From NCBI RefSeq assembly GCF_006345805.1, contig NW_021828131.1:1-6444 (forward strand): DNA of 6,444 nucleotides, given 5' to 3'. The notes under the pieces are model-generated. The model was given only the letters and a program-made list of their open reading frames with translations. It was not told the DNA's origin and did no database searches. Source of the stretch: Octopus sinensis. Taxonomy: Eukaryota. A program made the position numbers and the translations under genes. Below are positions 6,270-6,444 of this stretch, piece after piece (the first letter of the stretch is position 1; every line of letters begins with the position of its first letter).

Positions 6270-6372
6270 AAAGTTGACACTAATATTATTTGAACTCAGC
6301 GCAGAACGCTGGAACGAATACTGCAATGCAGTTTAACTTAAGTTCTAACGATTCAGTTAATTCACCATCCTT
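6270..6372 (-). mobile_element. Degenerate tRNA-derived SINE 5' head fragment (related to 728-804)
   Basis: Minus-strand B-box remnant GAGTTCAAAT (6288-6297). The spacing from GTTGAC to ATTTGAACTCAG is similar to the 728-804 copy. Confidence 0.45.
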
Positions 6373-6390
6373 CTCCACCTGTCTCGCTAA

Positions 6391-6444
6391 ATGTATGTAT
6401 GTATGTCTGCATGCTTGTATGTATGTATGTATGTATGTATGTAT
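6391..6444. repeat. (ATGT)n microsatellite
   Basis: Direct reading; interrupted; runs off the window. Confidence 0.95.

Noticed and set aside
4742-6326. ORFs 4742-4927, 5200-5451 and 6057-6326
   Set aside because: Short, compositionally biased, with no recognisable motifs.

Overview
AT-rich, repeat-dense eukaryotic non-coding DNA with no supportable host gene. The SINE/MITE/microsatellite mix resembles cephalopod (Octopus-like) DNA from memory, which is unverified. Contents: (i) a 5'-truncated Penelope-like retroelement (PLE) at 3521-5613, made of an inverted partial pseudo-LTR, a frameshifted RT-thumb/Cys-linker/GIY-YIG ORF remnant, a ~1 kb 3' region and a terminal hammerhead ribozyme; (ii) a head-to-head inverted pair of the same pLTR at 1-206; (iii) four more sequence-unrelated type I hammerhead motifs at 340-433 (-), 3151-3195 (+), 5782-5838 (-) and 6116-6148 (+), each in a short island next to (TA)n/(TACA)n tracts and probably solo pLTRs of other PLE families; (iv) a mariner-derived MITE; (v) four tRNA-SINE copies or fragments; (vi) a long GA-rich tract. 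The main signal is five distinct hammerhead families in 6.4 kb, several with non-canonical cores. All folds were done by eye.
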